From positions 11,921 through 75,920 of the forward strand of contig JBGCEP010000030.1 in assembly GCA_045106415.1 (NCBI GenBank): a DNA stretch of 64,000 nucleotides. Reading direction: 5' to 3'. This DNA comes from Oligoflexales bacterium (GTDB taxonomy: Bacteria > Bdellovibrionota_B > Oligoflexia > Oligoflexales > Bog-1112). Both the position numbers and the translations under genes were made by a program. Shown in pieces: positions 46,628 to 55,117 of the stretch; positions within the stretch are counted from its first letter, which is position 1; each line of letters begins with the position of its first letter. The notes under the pieces are model-generated. The model searched no databases. It saw only the letters and a list, made by a program, of their open reading frames with translations, and had not been told where the DNA came from.

Positions 46628-47068
46628 CTAACGACCTATCTCTAATGCTCTCATTGCCATATCTTTAGCATCATTTAATGCTGTTGCATTGGCTTCATAA
46701 GCACGTGTTGCAGCAATCATATTCACCATTTCATTCATAATCTGAATATTTGGCATCGAGACATAGCCGTCTTGGTCGGCATCTGGATGTGACGGTTCAA
46801 AAACTCTTTTCGGTTCACGACTATCTTTATGGATATCGGTCACAGTTACAGATTTGAGCTGGGTATGCATTGTTTCATCGAGAAAGTCTTCAAATTCATT
46901 ACTCACAGGAGTAGCTGAAAAAACAACATCTTTACGGCGATAAGGTCCACCTTCAGCTGTACGCGTTGTTTGAGCATTCGCAAGGTTTGAACTTAATAAG
47001 TTCATTCTTACCCGTTGTGCAGCAAGACCACTTGAACTAATTTTCATCGATTTAAAAAAACCGCTCAT
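46628..47068 (-). CDS. flgC: Flagellar basal-body rod protein FlgC
   Basis: It contains ..SSSGLAAQRVRMNLLSSNLANAQTTRT..GPYRRK.. and a C-terminal ..YEANATALN segment. Confidence 0.95.
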   Translation of the reverse strand: MSGFFKSMKISSSGLAAQRVRMNLLSSNLANAQTTRTAEGGPYRRKDVVFSATPVSNEFEDFLDETMHTQLKSVTVTDIHKDSREPKRVFEPSHPDADQDGYVSMPNIQIMNEMVNMIAATRAYEANATALNDAKDMAMRALEIGR

Positions 47069-47080
47069 CCCTTAACCCCC

Positions 47081-47497
47081 CTATCGACCACCATTTACCG
47101 CATATCGAAGCATCCCTATTTTTCTACGAAGTACTTCTGTCGTTGTTCTGTATAAAATTTGATTTTGAGCCATTTCCATCATTTCAAGATCAACGTCAAC
47201 AGTGTTTCCATCTTCCCCAACACTTTCACTGGGCCGCACATAAACCTCAGGATCAAAACTTCCATCAGCTCGAGCAAAAGGGTGTTGTTTATGCCTTGGG
47301 TCTGATGTTTTTAGCTGAGCAGTTTCTGAGCTATCTTGAAACGCTTGAAGCTGGTCCTCAAAATCATAACCAAGCGCCCGAAACCCTGGGGTTTCGGCAT
47401 TTGAGATGTTTGATGACAAAACATGACTTCGTTCAACCCTTTGATCAAGGGATGCAATCTGAAGCCTATCTTGATAACTAAAGATCCCTTGCATCAT
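47081..47497 (-). CDS. flgB: Flagellar basal-body rod protein FlgB
   Basis: It contains ..LDQRVERSHVLSSNISNAETPGF.. and ends ..YRTTTEVLRRKIGMLRYA. It overlaps the upstream activator gene by about 20 nt. Confidence 0.9.
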   Translation of the reverse strand: MMQGIFSYQDRLQIASLDQRVERSHVLSSNISNAETPGFRALGYDFEDQLQAFQDSSETAQLKTSDPRHKQHPFARADGSFDPEVYVRPSESVGEDGNTVDVDLEMMEMAQNQILYRTTTEVLRRKIGMLRYAVNGGR

Positions 47498-48554
47498 GAC
47501 CTTGGCTCCAGTTCATAGGGGGTGTGACATCAAAACCCGCAGCTGTATATTCATTAATTTTATTTCGCAGTGTTCTTAAGCTGATGCCTAATGTTTTTGC
47601 TGCATGAGTTCTATTACCTCTATGATTTTTTAATGTCTCTAAGATGAAGTGTGTTTCAACAATCTTTAAAGGAGTTCCAATTGGAAGTGCTGAAATCCAA
47701 TCACTTGCTAACGAGCCTCCTTGGTTTTCTAAAGGAAGGTGCTCACACTGAATCACCTGACCATTTGCAACTATCGCAGCTCTTTGTACAACGTTATGTA
47801 ATTCTCTAACATTTCCAGGCCAATGATGTGCTTCAAGTCGCGCTTTTGCTTCATCAGAAAAGGTAAGATTTGGTTTATCAAAGTTTTTCGCACCTTCTTG
47901 TAAAAACAACTCACCTAAATGGAGAATATCTTTTGGTCTCTCTCTTAGTGGAGGAATTTCAATGTGAAAAACATACAAACGATAGTAAAGATCTTGACGA
48001 AACTGTCCTTTTTTAATGGCCTCTAAAATATCTCTATTTGTCGTTGCAATAATTCGAGTGTCCACTGCTATAGGATCACTTCCGCCAATTCTTTGAATTT
48101 CTTTTTCTTGAATTGCTCGCAATAATTTAGCCTGCAACCCAATTTCTATTTCTGTTATTTCATCAAGGAGAAGAGTCCCTCCTTTTGCTTGTTCGAATCG
48201 CCCCAGATGCCTTTGATGCGCTCCTGTAAAAGCTCCCTTTTCAAAACCAAAAAGCTCACTTTCTAGCAAAGTAGGTGGTAAAGCCGCACAATTTACAGCA
48301 ATAAATGGACGGTCACCTTGATTTGCTGCATTATGCACAGCCCTTGCGACAACTTCTTTACCAACACCAGACTCACCTGTAATTAACACTGGGACTTGTG
48401 TATCCGCAATTTGCCAGATGATGTCTTGAATTCTCATCATTTTTTCGTCAGCTGTTGAAAAAAGCGTCTTTGCCACATCTTGGTTAGCTCTACGCCCCTG
48501 CCGACTTTGAATAAAGTCAAGATAGGTGCTCGCTTGTGGGCGAGAAGAGTTCAT
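47478..48554 (-). CDS. Sigma54-dependent transcriptional activator (bEBP) lacking an N-terminal regulatory domain
   Basis: It has Walker A GESGVGKE, GAFTGA (FEKGAFTGA), WPGNVRELHN and a C-terminal HTH (AAKTLGISLRTLRNKINEY). With ATG 48554, only about 30 aa precede the AAA+ core. Even the maximal ORF (to 48674) leaves fewer than 75 aa. Confidence 0.9.
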   Translation of the reverse strand: MNSSRPQASTYLDFIQSRQGRRANQDVAKTLFSTADEKMMRIQDIIWQIADTQVPVLITGESGVGKEVVARAVHNAANQGDRPFIAVNCAALPPTLLESELFGFEKGAFTGAHQRHLGRFEQAKGGTLLLDEITEIEIGLQAKLLRAIQEKEIQRIGGSDPIAVDTRIIATTNRDILEAIKKGQFRQDLYYRLYVFHIEIPPLRERPKDILHLGELFLQEGAKNFDKPNLTFSDEAKARLEAHHWPGNVRELHNVVQRAAIVANGQVIQCEHLPLENQGGSLASDWISALPIGTPLKIVETHFILETLKNHRGNRTHAAKTLGISLRTLRNKINEYTAAGFDVTPPMNWSQGHDARDL

Positions 48555-48612
48555 TGCTGTAGCAAGACTGTTGAAACGAGAATTACTCACGACGATTCCT
48601 TTCCATCCAGGT

Positions 48613-50916
48613 TTACTGGATAAGTTGCCTAAGTCGTTCTTTGGCAAGATTTGAATAAAAAAGACTGTCGCCATCCTGGCTCGCTTCTGTAAGAGCTTTC
48701 ATAGCTTCTTCTCGACGACCTGATTTATAAAGAAGGAGTCCTCCTTTATAGAGAGCTTCTGCTCGCCCTCCCCAATCCACACTCTCTCTAGCTGTAAAAG
48801 CATAAAGACGACCCGCTTTTAGCAGCTGATCAGCATGCCGATATTCTTCAGCAAGAGATATTAACTCTTCTGCCCAAACATCTTTTATTTGTTGATCTTC
48901 ACTAAGATCAGCTGGCTTGAATTTCTTAAATAAAAGGATGGTTCTTCTGCGTTCTGAGTCCAAACCAAGTTTTTGAAACTTCATTCTTAATTGTACCAGC
49001 ATTCTCATTTTTTCAAGAGTAGGAGAATACTGTTCTCTCCATTTAGAGTCAGATTGATTCACTTTAGAGTGAAGCGCATCTTCCCAAGTTTCTAGTATAA
49101 TTTTAGAAGGTATTGTCAAAATATCTGTGTTCATCATTGAGTCAACAAAATAATTTTGGTACGACAAACGAACATGATGTTTTTGTTCTTCTGTCATAGA
49201 AGACCAAATTCTTTTTAAAGATTGATCAGATTTTTTTTCAAGACTTCCATTTTGAGATCTCGCCGCAGCTTCAGCTAACCAAAAATAAGATTTAAATTTT
49301 AAATTTACGTTTTTTGATTTTTTTGAAATTTCATAAAATTTTTGCGCAGCGTCATCTTGGCCTAATTTACGGTAAGATTCAGCCACAGACCACGCTACTA
49401 GTGGGTTTTTCTTCACTTCCACAAAAAGATTAGGAATATTTTCCCACGACTCAATCACACCAATAAAATCTTCATCAGCACCCATCTGAATAAGATCTTT
49501 CTGGACTCTTTTAGAAATTTTCTTTAGAAGGAAAGCGACCCATGGATCTCTATCATGTTGGTATCTTTTCACCCATTCTTTTGCAAGATGACTTACACTA
49601 GAGTCCCATTTTCTTTTTAAAGACTCATGCAAAATTAAAGACAAAGAAAGAAAAGTACTTCTTCGACTTTCTACATTTTTCCAAGTTTTTATCAGATTTT
49701 TTAAACTTAATTTTGCAACTTTTGGAAACTTATCAACATGGCTATTCATTTGATTTGGTGATGTCCACCATATTTTTCTCAATTCTTTTTGAGCTCGCAT
49801 CTCATAATCATTTTTTCCAAAATGAAGATTTTCTAAATCTGCCACTAATGTTTGGAGCTTTGCATTGTTTGAGCTTCTTACAGCCTGAATTGCTTGAATA
49901 TCTAAATGTCTAAGCTGAGCCATACTGGCATAGATTTTACCTGGAAACCTCTCGGAGATAGCATCATAATAACCTTGCGCAAGAGTTAAATTACCTTGAC
50001 CAAAATGTGTTTCTGCAAATGCCCAGAGATGAAGAGGTTCTTTAGAAAAAATTGAAGAATCATGAAACAATACTTGTTGATATGCAACAAAAGCTCTGTT
50101 TTCATGACCAAAACTAAATAATTGCAAAGCATAATCAGCCATCGCTGAATAATCTTTCACCGCACTCATCTGTGCTTTTTTCTCCCAATCTTCACTTGGT
50201 TTTTTTCCATGAAGAGCAGAAACCTGCATAGGGAAAATATATTTAGGATATGTGGACCATGCTGGGCCTCTTCCTTTTGAGGATTTTTTCATAGCAACAG
50301 CCAACTCTTTTGACTGTTTTAATTTTTTAGGAGCTGGCTGTAACAAACGTCTTTTGGGGCCATTTGATGTTTGCGATAGATCCTGATGAGAAGTCCCTGT
50401 TTTCATCTGCATACGACTACGTTTAGTCGCTCGATTTGTTTGCTGGGAAATTGAGTTTAAAGATGTTGCTGATACTGTTGCATCAGCATGGAATCTTTTT
50501 GCTGAGATCTGGGTTCGCCATTGCATAGGTGGCAAAGGTAAGCCTGTAATTGGATCTGTTTGCTTCTGATATTGATCATCAAAGAGTTCAATTGAAATAC
50601 GGGGTGGATTTTTATATTCAGAGACTGTTGCTCTGACCTGAGCATCTCTAAAGGCAATTTTTAAGGTTACTAAAGATCCTGGAGATTCTTTTACAATAAT
50701 TCTACGTATCAGCGTTTCATCATAGTGTTCTAAAGCTTTAAGCTCTTCAGAGTGAGTTCCTTCAATTTCTAAGATAAGAGTTTTTGATGCTTCCTGCATG
50801 GAGACATGTAAAGGTCTTGGCTCTGAGAGGTGAAAAACTAATTCACTATAACGACCAGCACAAAAACCAGCACTGCTCATTAAAAGAATGATCATCATTA
50901 AAAGTGTTCTCAGCAC
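48613..50916 (-). CDS. Periplasmic AMIN-like domain plus TPR repeat protein
   Basis: The track ORF runs to 50952. I prefer GTG 50916 (GGAG 7 nt upstream), because the predicted sigma54 transcription start lies near 50937. The signal is LRTLLMMIILLMSSAGFCA. The AMIN-like segment is SKTLILEIEGTHSEEL..LIRRIIVKESPGSLVTLKIAF..PRISIELFD. Many TPR-like helices follow. Confidence 0.6.
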   Translation of the reverse strand: MLRTLLMMIILLMSSAGFCAGRYSELVFHLSEPRPLHVSMQEASKTLILEIEGTHSEELKALEHYDETLIRRIIVKESPGSLVTLKIAFRDAQVRATVSEYKNPPRISIELFDDQYQKQTDPITGLPLPPMQWRTQISAKRFHADATVSATSLNSISQQTNRATKRSRMQMKTGTSHQDLSQTSNGPKRRLLQPAPKKLKQSKELAVAMKKSSKGRGPAWSTYPKYIFPMQVSALHGKKPSEDWEKKAQMSAVKDYSAMADYALQLFSFGHENRAFVAYQQVLFHDSSIFSKEPLHLWAFAETHFGQGNLTLAQGYYDAISERFPGKIYASMAQLRHLDIQAIQAVRSSNNAKLQTLVADLENLHFGKNDYEMRAQKELRKIWWTSPNQMNSHVDKFPKVAKLSLKNLIKTWKNVESRRSTFLSLSLILHESLKRKWDSSVSHLAKEWVKRYQHDRDPWVAFLLKKISKRVQKDLIQMGADEDFIGVIESWENIPNLFVEVKKNPLVAWSVAESYRKLGQDDAAQKFYEISKKSKNVNLKFKSYFWLAEAAARSQNGSLEKKSDQSLKRIWSSMTEEQKHHVRLSYQNYFVDSMMNTDILTIPSKIILETWEDALHSKVNQSDSKWREQYSPTLEKMRMLVQLRMKFQKLGLDSERRRTILLFKKFKPADLSEDQQIKDVWAEELISLAEEYRHADQLLKAGRLYAFTARESVDWGGRAEALYKGGLLLYKSGRREEAMKALTEASQDGDSLFYSNLAKERLRQLIQ

Positions 50917-50947
50917 AATCTCTCTCCAAGGTGTATCCATTGTATTG

Positions 50948-50963
50948 AGCAAATACCGTGCCA
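50948..50963 (-). promoter_or_regulatory. Sigma54 (-24/-12) promoter
   Basis: The minus strand reads cTGGCACGgtatTTGCTc. This matches every conserved position and the spacing of YTGGCACG-N4-TTGCW. It is the only such match I found in the window. It sits at the head of an operon that encodes a sigma54 activator and flagellar genes. Confidence 0.75.
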
Positions 50964-51001
50964 GTTTTCAAACCGTTGCTATAAAGGCCTTGGACATTTT
51001 T

Positions 51002-51060
51002 TTGACATGAATTTGGCATAGGCACGTCAATGAGATGACGAATGCGCCAATTTATCGTCA
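51002..51060. promoter_or_regulatory. Two inverted repeats with TGAC...GTCA cores, candidate activator binding sites (UAS)
   Basis: IR1 is TTGACATG-N13-CACGTCAA (51002-51030, 7 of 8 bp). IR2 is TGACGA-N13-TCGTCA (51036-51060, perfect). Their centres lie about 80 and 110 bp upstream of the predicted sigma54 start. Confidence 0.3.
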
Positions 51061-51111
51061 GAGGAGTCGGCATGATGACAGTTTCTAATGATTCTTCTTA
51101 TGAAGCGTGTC

Positions 51112-51117
51112 TATAAT
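51112..51117 (+). promoter_or_regulatory. Candidate -10 box (TATAAT) for hldE
   Basis: A perfect TATAAT lies 38 nt upstream of ATG 51155. No convincing -35 is present. Confidence 0.3.
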
Positions 51118-51154
51118 AAGGCGACTGACCCTTGATCACGACAAAGGAGCTGCT

Positions 51155-52582
51155 ATGCAGTGGACTGATAAAAAAATAGCCATCCTTGGGGATATGATTC
51201 TCGATGAATATATTGACGGTGTTGTCACCCGCATCTCTCCTGAGGCTCCTGTCCCAATTCATAAAGCTGGTCAATCTTGGGTCCGCCCTGGTGGTGCATG
51301 CAATGCTGCAGCCAATATTCAATCTTTAGGGGGCCAAGCAATCATGGTTGGCCTGTGTGGCCATGATGCAACAGGCTCTCAACTACTCGAAGCTCTCGAA
51401 AAACTCGATGTTAATACCACTTATATCTCCAGACACCCTATTCAAACCGTCAAAAAAACACGTATCACATGCAAACACCAACAGCTTCTCCGTATTGATT
51501 GGGAAGAACCTCTTTCTCCAACCGAAGAACAACAGGATCAGCTCCTCACAGCACTTCACTCTTGTCATCCTGACGCCATTCTGTTGAGTGATTATGGAAA
51601 AGGCTTGCTCGGCGCGCCCTTTGTTCAAAAAGTCATTCAATTAGCAAAAGATTTGAACATTCCATGTATTATCGATCCCAAAGGAAAAGATTTTTCTAAA
51701 TACCAAGGATGTGACCTCATCACCCCAAACCGCAGCGAAGCACTTGAAGCCACAAACTTATCTCCTCAGACAAAGCCAGCCGAGATTGCACAGCACATCC
51801 AACAAAAACACCATATTAAACACGTCATGGTGACTCTCAGCGCAGAAGGCATTGCTCTACTGCAAAATGACGGTGTTTTTCTCCATCAGCGCCCTAAAGC
51901 TCGTGAAGTATTTGATGTTTCTGGGGCTGGTGACACTGTCGCTGCGGTTATGAGTCTGTCAATGGCAGCTGACTTGTCATTAAAGTCTGGTATGGAATAT
52001 GCAAACTTGGCCGCCGGGTTAGCTGTTGAAAAATGGGGTACACAGTGTGTCTATTACAACGAGCTGGCAGACTTCAAAACGCATAAAAGTCATCATAAAA
52101 TTTATGACGACACACAGACTCTAAAAAAGCACATCGATCAACGACGGCAAAGTGGGCAGTCCATTGTATTTACAAATGGTTGTTTCGACCTCATGCATGC
52201 CGGTCATGTCCATTATCTCGAAGAGGCTTCAGCCCGTGGTGATCATCTCATTGTTGCTGTAAACAGCGATCATTCGGTCAAAACTTTAAAAGGGCACACA
52301 CGCCCTGTTACTCAGCTACGCCAAAGGATGGAAATGCTGGCTGGACTTGCCTGCGTGGGTTCTGTCATTAGTTTTGAAGAAACCACTCCTCTTTCTTTGC
52401 TTGCAGCACTCCAACCTCATTGCCTTGTCAAAGGGGGGGACTATAAGCCTTCTGAGGTAGTCGGTGCTGACCTTGTGGAAAATTACGGTGGACGTGTAGA
52501 AGTTTTAAGTCTCACACCTGAGATGTCAACGACTCATATGATTCAGAAGATTACAAATTCGAATGAACGGATTTCGATATAG
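51155..52582 (+). CDS. hldE: Bifunctional D-beta-D-heptose 7-phosphate kinase / heptose 1-phosphate adenylyltransferase
   Basis: ORF trimmed to ATG 51155 (AAGGAG SD). The N-terminal half is a pfkB kinase (DVSGAGDTV). The C-terminal half is a cytidylyltransferase (FTNGCFDLMHAGHVHYL). Confidence 0.9.
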   Translation: MQWTDKKIAILGDMILDEYIDGVVTRISPEAPVPIHKAGQSWVRPGGACNAAANIQSLGGQAIMVGLCGHDATGSQLLEALEKLDVNTTYISRHPIQTVKKTRITCKHQQLLRIDWEEPLSPTEEQQDQLLTALHSCHPDAILLSDYGKGLLGAPFVQKVIQLAKDLNIPCIIDPKGKDFSKYQGCDLITPNRSEALEATNLSPQTKPAEIAQHIQQKHHIKHVMVTLSAEGIALLQNDGVFLHQRPKAREVFDVSGAGDTVAAVMSLSMAADLSLKSGMEYANLAAGLAVEKWGTQCVYYNELADFKTHKSHHKIYDDTQTLKKHIDQRRQSGQSIVFTNGCFDLMHAGHVHYLEEASARGDHLIVAVNSDHSVKTLKGHTRPVTQLRQRMEMLAGLACVGSVISFEETTPLSLLAALQPHCLVKGGDYKPSEVVGADLVENYGGRVEVLSLTPEMSTTHMIQKITNSNERISI

Positions 52583-52590
52583 AAAAGATA

Positions 52591-52667
52591 TGGTGGCGAG
52601 GGGGGGACTTGAACCCCCGACCTCCGGGTTATGAATCCGGTGCTCTAACCAGCTGAGCTACCTCGCC
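52591..52667 (-). tRNA. tRNA with anticodon CAU (elongator Met, or possibly Ile2), CCA encoded
   Basis: Reverse complement is GGCGAGGTAGCTCAGCTGGTTAGAGCACCGGATTCATAACCCGGAGGTCGGGGGTTCAAGTCCCCCCTCGCCACCA. The cloverleaf is standard. It is not an initiator: the 1-72 pair is G-C and there is no GGG/CCC anticodon stem. Confidence 0.9.
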
Positions 52668-52682
52668 ATGGCATAATTGCGG

Positions 52683-52711
52683 ATTTAATATTATTTCAAT
52701 ACCTTCGTCAA
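52683..52711 (-). promoter_or_regulatory. Candidate sigma70-type promoter for the tRNA(CAU) gene
   Basis: Minus strand has TTGACG (52711-52706), a 17-nt spacer and TTAAAT (52688-52683), 16 nt upstream of the mature 5' end. Confidence 0.35.
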
Positions 52712-52838
52712 GCTCTATTCTTTCTTTTAAATGAAAAGAGGCTTCGTGAGGGCTCTAGCCTTCCTTTGCACTCCGGTCTTAAGTCTCCTAAAATACCAAC
52801 ATCGTGTGCTTAGCTTCTATTCACCACAAGAGGAAATC

Positions 52839-54005
52839 ATGACTTATATCTTATACGCAAAGAGAACTCCCGTTGGTAAAATGTCAGGTGGGCTGAGCCA
52901 GGTGCCAGCTCCGAAACTCGGCTCCGCTCTTGTCTCAGACGCTCTATCAGAAACAAAGATTGATCCCAAAAAAGTAGATGAAATCATCATGGGTCAAGTC
53001 TTATCGGCGGGTTGTGGACAAGCTCCAGCAAGGCAGGCAGCACTCCACGGAGGACTTTCCACACAAACTCAAGCGCTGACTATCAATAGAGTATGTGGCA
53101 GTGGCCTTAAGTCTGTCATGCTTGCAGATCAAGCGATTCGACTCGGGGATGCTGATATCATTTTTGCAGGCGGGCAAGAGAATATGAGCCTTGCTCCTCA
53201 CCTTTTGCCTCAATCAAGACAAGGTTATCGGTTTGGGTCTTTCACAGCTCTTGATCATATGCAGCATGATGGCCTTTGGGATCCATACAATGATGTTCCA
53301 ATGGGTGATTGTGGTGAGACTTGTGCCGACGAATATAAATTCACAAGAGAGCAGCAGGATGCCTTTGCTATTGAAAGTTATCGCCGAGCTCAGCATGCCG
53401 CAGAACAAGGTTTTTTCAAAAAAGAGATTCTTCCCATAGAGGTTCAGGAACGTAAAAAAACAAAAACTATAAATCAAGACGAAGAGCCTTTTGGGTTCGA
53501 CCCAGAAAAGTTGAAATCTTTGCGAGCTGCTTTTCGTAAAGACGGGTCGATTACAGCTGGGAACGCATCTTCCATCAATGACGGAGCTGCTCTTTTGGTA
53601 CTTGCTAAAGAAGCAAGTGGTCATAAACCTCTCGCAAAAATTATTGCTCAAGCGTCCTTTGCTCATGCTCCTGAATGGTTTACAACTGCACCGATTTCTT
53701 GCATTAAAAAAGTTTTAGAAAAAGCCAATATGAAACCTGAAGATATTGATTTATATGAAATCAATGAAGCTTTTTCTTGCGTCACGATGGCGGCTATTCA
53801 TGATTTGAAGCTTGATCCTGAAAAAGTAAATATTCACGGCGGAGCTGTATCAATAGGTCACCCTATTGGCGCAAGTGGGGCAAGAATCTTGGTCACTCTC
53901 ATTCACGCACTTAAACAAAAAGGCATGAAAACAGGCTTAGCAACGCTGTGCATCGGTGGTGGTGAGGCTTCTGCGGTCATCATTAAGATCTGCGATGAAT
54001 CATAA
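52839..54005 (+). CDS. Acetyl-CoA C-acetyltransferase (thiolase II)
   Basis: ORF trimmed to MTYILYAKRTPVGK. The active-site segments are NRVCGSGLKS, NEAFS, GHPIGASGAR and CIGGGEA. Confidence 0.9.
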   Translation: MTYILYAKRTPVGKMSGGLSQVPAPKLGSALVSDALSETKIDPKKVDEIIMGQVLSAGCGQAPARQAALHGGLSTQTQALTINRVCGSGLKSVMLADQAIRLGDADIIFAGGQENMSLAPHLLPQSRQGYRFGSFTALDHMQHDGLWDPYNDVPMGDCGETCADEYKFTREQQDAFAIESYRRAQHAAEQGFFKKEILPIEVQERKKTKTINQDEEPFGFDPEKLKSLRAAFRKDGSITAGNASSINDGAALLVLAKEASGHKPLAKIIAQASFAHAPEWFTTAPISCIKKVLEKANMKPEDIDLYEINEAFSCVTMAAIHDLKLDPEKVNIHGGAVSIGHPIGASGARILVTLIHALKQKGMKTGLATLCIGGGEASAVIIKICDES

Positions 54006-54443
54006 AGCGCATTTTTTTGAGACTCGGTAAGTCAAAAGCGCCCAATGGCTACCGAGACTCAACATAAAAGCCGTTAAACACCCTCCAATACATAATCCAA
54101 GTACATCAAAAGATGATGCAGGGCCATTGACAGATCTCAGCACCATCAGCACACTCATTGCAAAAACTCCTGCGCTGATCCCCACAGTCTGCAATTTCTG
54201 CAGCCTCTGCGAGGCATGAGCGTGGGGCAGGCTCAGAGCGAATAAAATCTGAATCTGCCCAAAAAGTGCTGTATGGCCATGTGCACTTACTTTCAAAATA
54301 TTCTGCCAACCCTTTAAAATATCAGGATCTACCAGAAATGCACTTGCAGTGTCTGTTGCCAAAAAAAGCCCAGCACATGAAGACAAAAGCAACCAAAAAA
54401 ACCCTAGAGACAAATTTAAAATTGACAACAAAGACATGCCCAC
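54000..54443 (-). CDS. Integral membrane protein, function unknown
   Basis: 147 aa with about 4 hydrophobic helices. It is convergent with the thiolase gene and overlaps it by 6 nt. Confidence 0.5.
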   Translation of the reverse strand: MGMSLLSILNLSLGFFWLLLSSCAGLFLATDTASAFLVDPDILKGWQNILKVSAHGHTALFGQIQILFALSLPHAHASQRLQKLQTVGISAGVFAMSVLMVLRSVNGPASSFDVLGLCIGGCLTAFMLSLGSHWALLTYRVSKKCAL

Positions 54444-54488
54444 TCCATTTACGTGTTAGACTTCAGTTGTGCCTGCCAAGAGGTTTAC

Positions 54489-55103
54489 ATGCTTCAAAAA
54501 AAGAAACAATATCTTCTCTCATTTTGCTTCTGCTTGTTGAGCGTTCACTCATATGCAGCAGTCCATTTAACAATTCGTGGTAACGCTACTGATAATAATA
54601 TTGGACTTGTTGGGCAGCAAAGCCGCGATTTAAGCAGCTCAGTCGCGTTTGACCTTGGAAACTATTTTCGTTTGGGGTTAACACACAGAGAAGCAACAAC
54701 ACACAAGATTGGTTACGAAAGCTCGACCTCTGACGACACTGATACTGTCACTTATCAACCTATAAACAATTTTACTCGAGTGAGCTCAAACTCTTTTGAT
54801 CTCACCGTAATTCTTTATTACGGTAAACTCTGGGTTCCTTATGTCATGGTCGGTGTTGTTAAAAAATCTTATGAAACTCAATTTCTGACTTCAGAGGGTG
54901 AAACAACAGCTTTTCGAACTCCGACTCCTGCACTTCCAAATGCAGGCTGTGGAGTAGGCTTCAGGCTTAATAAAGCCTTTACTCTTAAACTTTCTTACAC
55001 AGCCTCCCCTGGCCTTAAGATTGATGATCCAACGACTGCTGACGCAAAACCTCGTGCAGCTCGTGACTCATATACATCTGTAGGTATTTCCTACAATATC
55101 TAA
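54489..55103 (+). CDS. Small outer-membrane beta-barrel-like protein
   Basis: ATG 54489 has an AGAGG SD. The signal is MLQKKKQYLLSFCFCLLSVHSYA. Alternating-hydrophobicity strands run to the C-terminus (..YTSVGISYNI). Confidence 0.5.
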   Translation: MLQKKKQYLLSFCFCLLSVHSYAAVHLTIRGNATDNNIGLVGQQSRDLSSSVAFDLGNYFRLGLTHREATTHKIGYESSTSDDTDTVTYQPINNFTRVSSNSFDLTVILYYGKLWVPYVMVGVVKKSYETQFLTSEGETTAFRTPTPALPNAGCGVGFRLNKAFTLKLSYTASPGLKIDDPTTADAKPRAARDSYTSVGISYNI

Positions 55104-55117
55104 TGTGAGGCCTTACT

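Noticed and set aside
51052-51059. GACGATAA on the minus strand as a sigma28 -10 element upstream of the sigma54 promoter.
   Set aside because: There is no matching -35. The sequence is better explained as the right arm of the TGACGA/TCGTCA inverted repeat.
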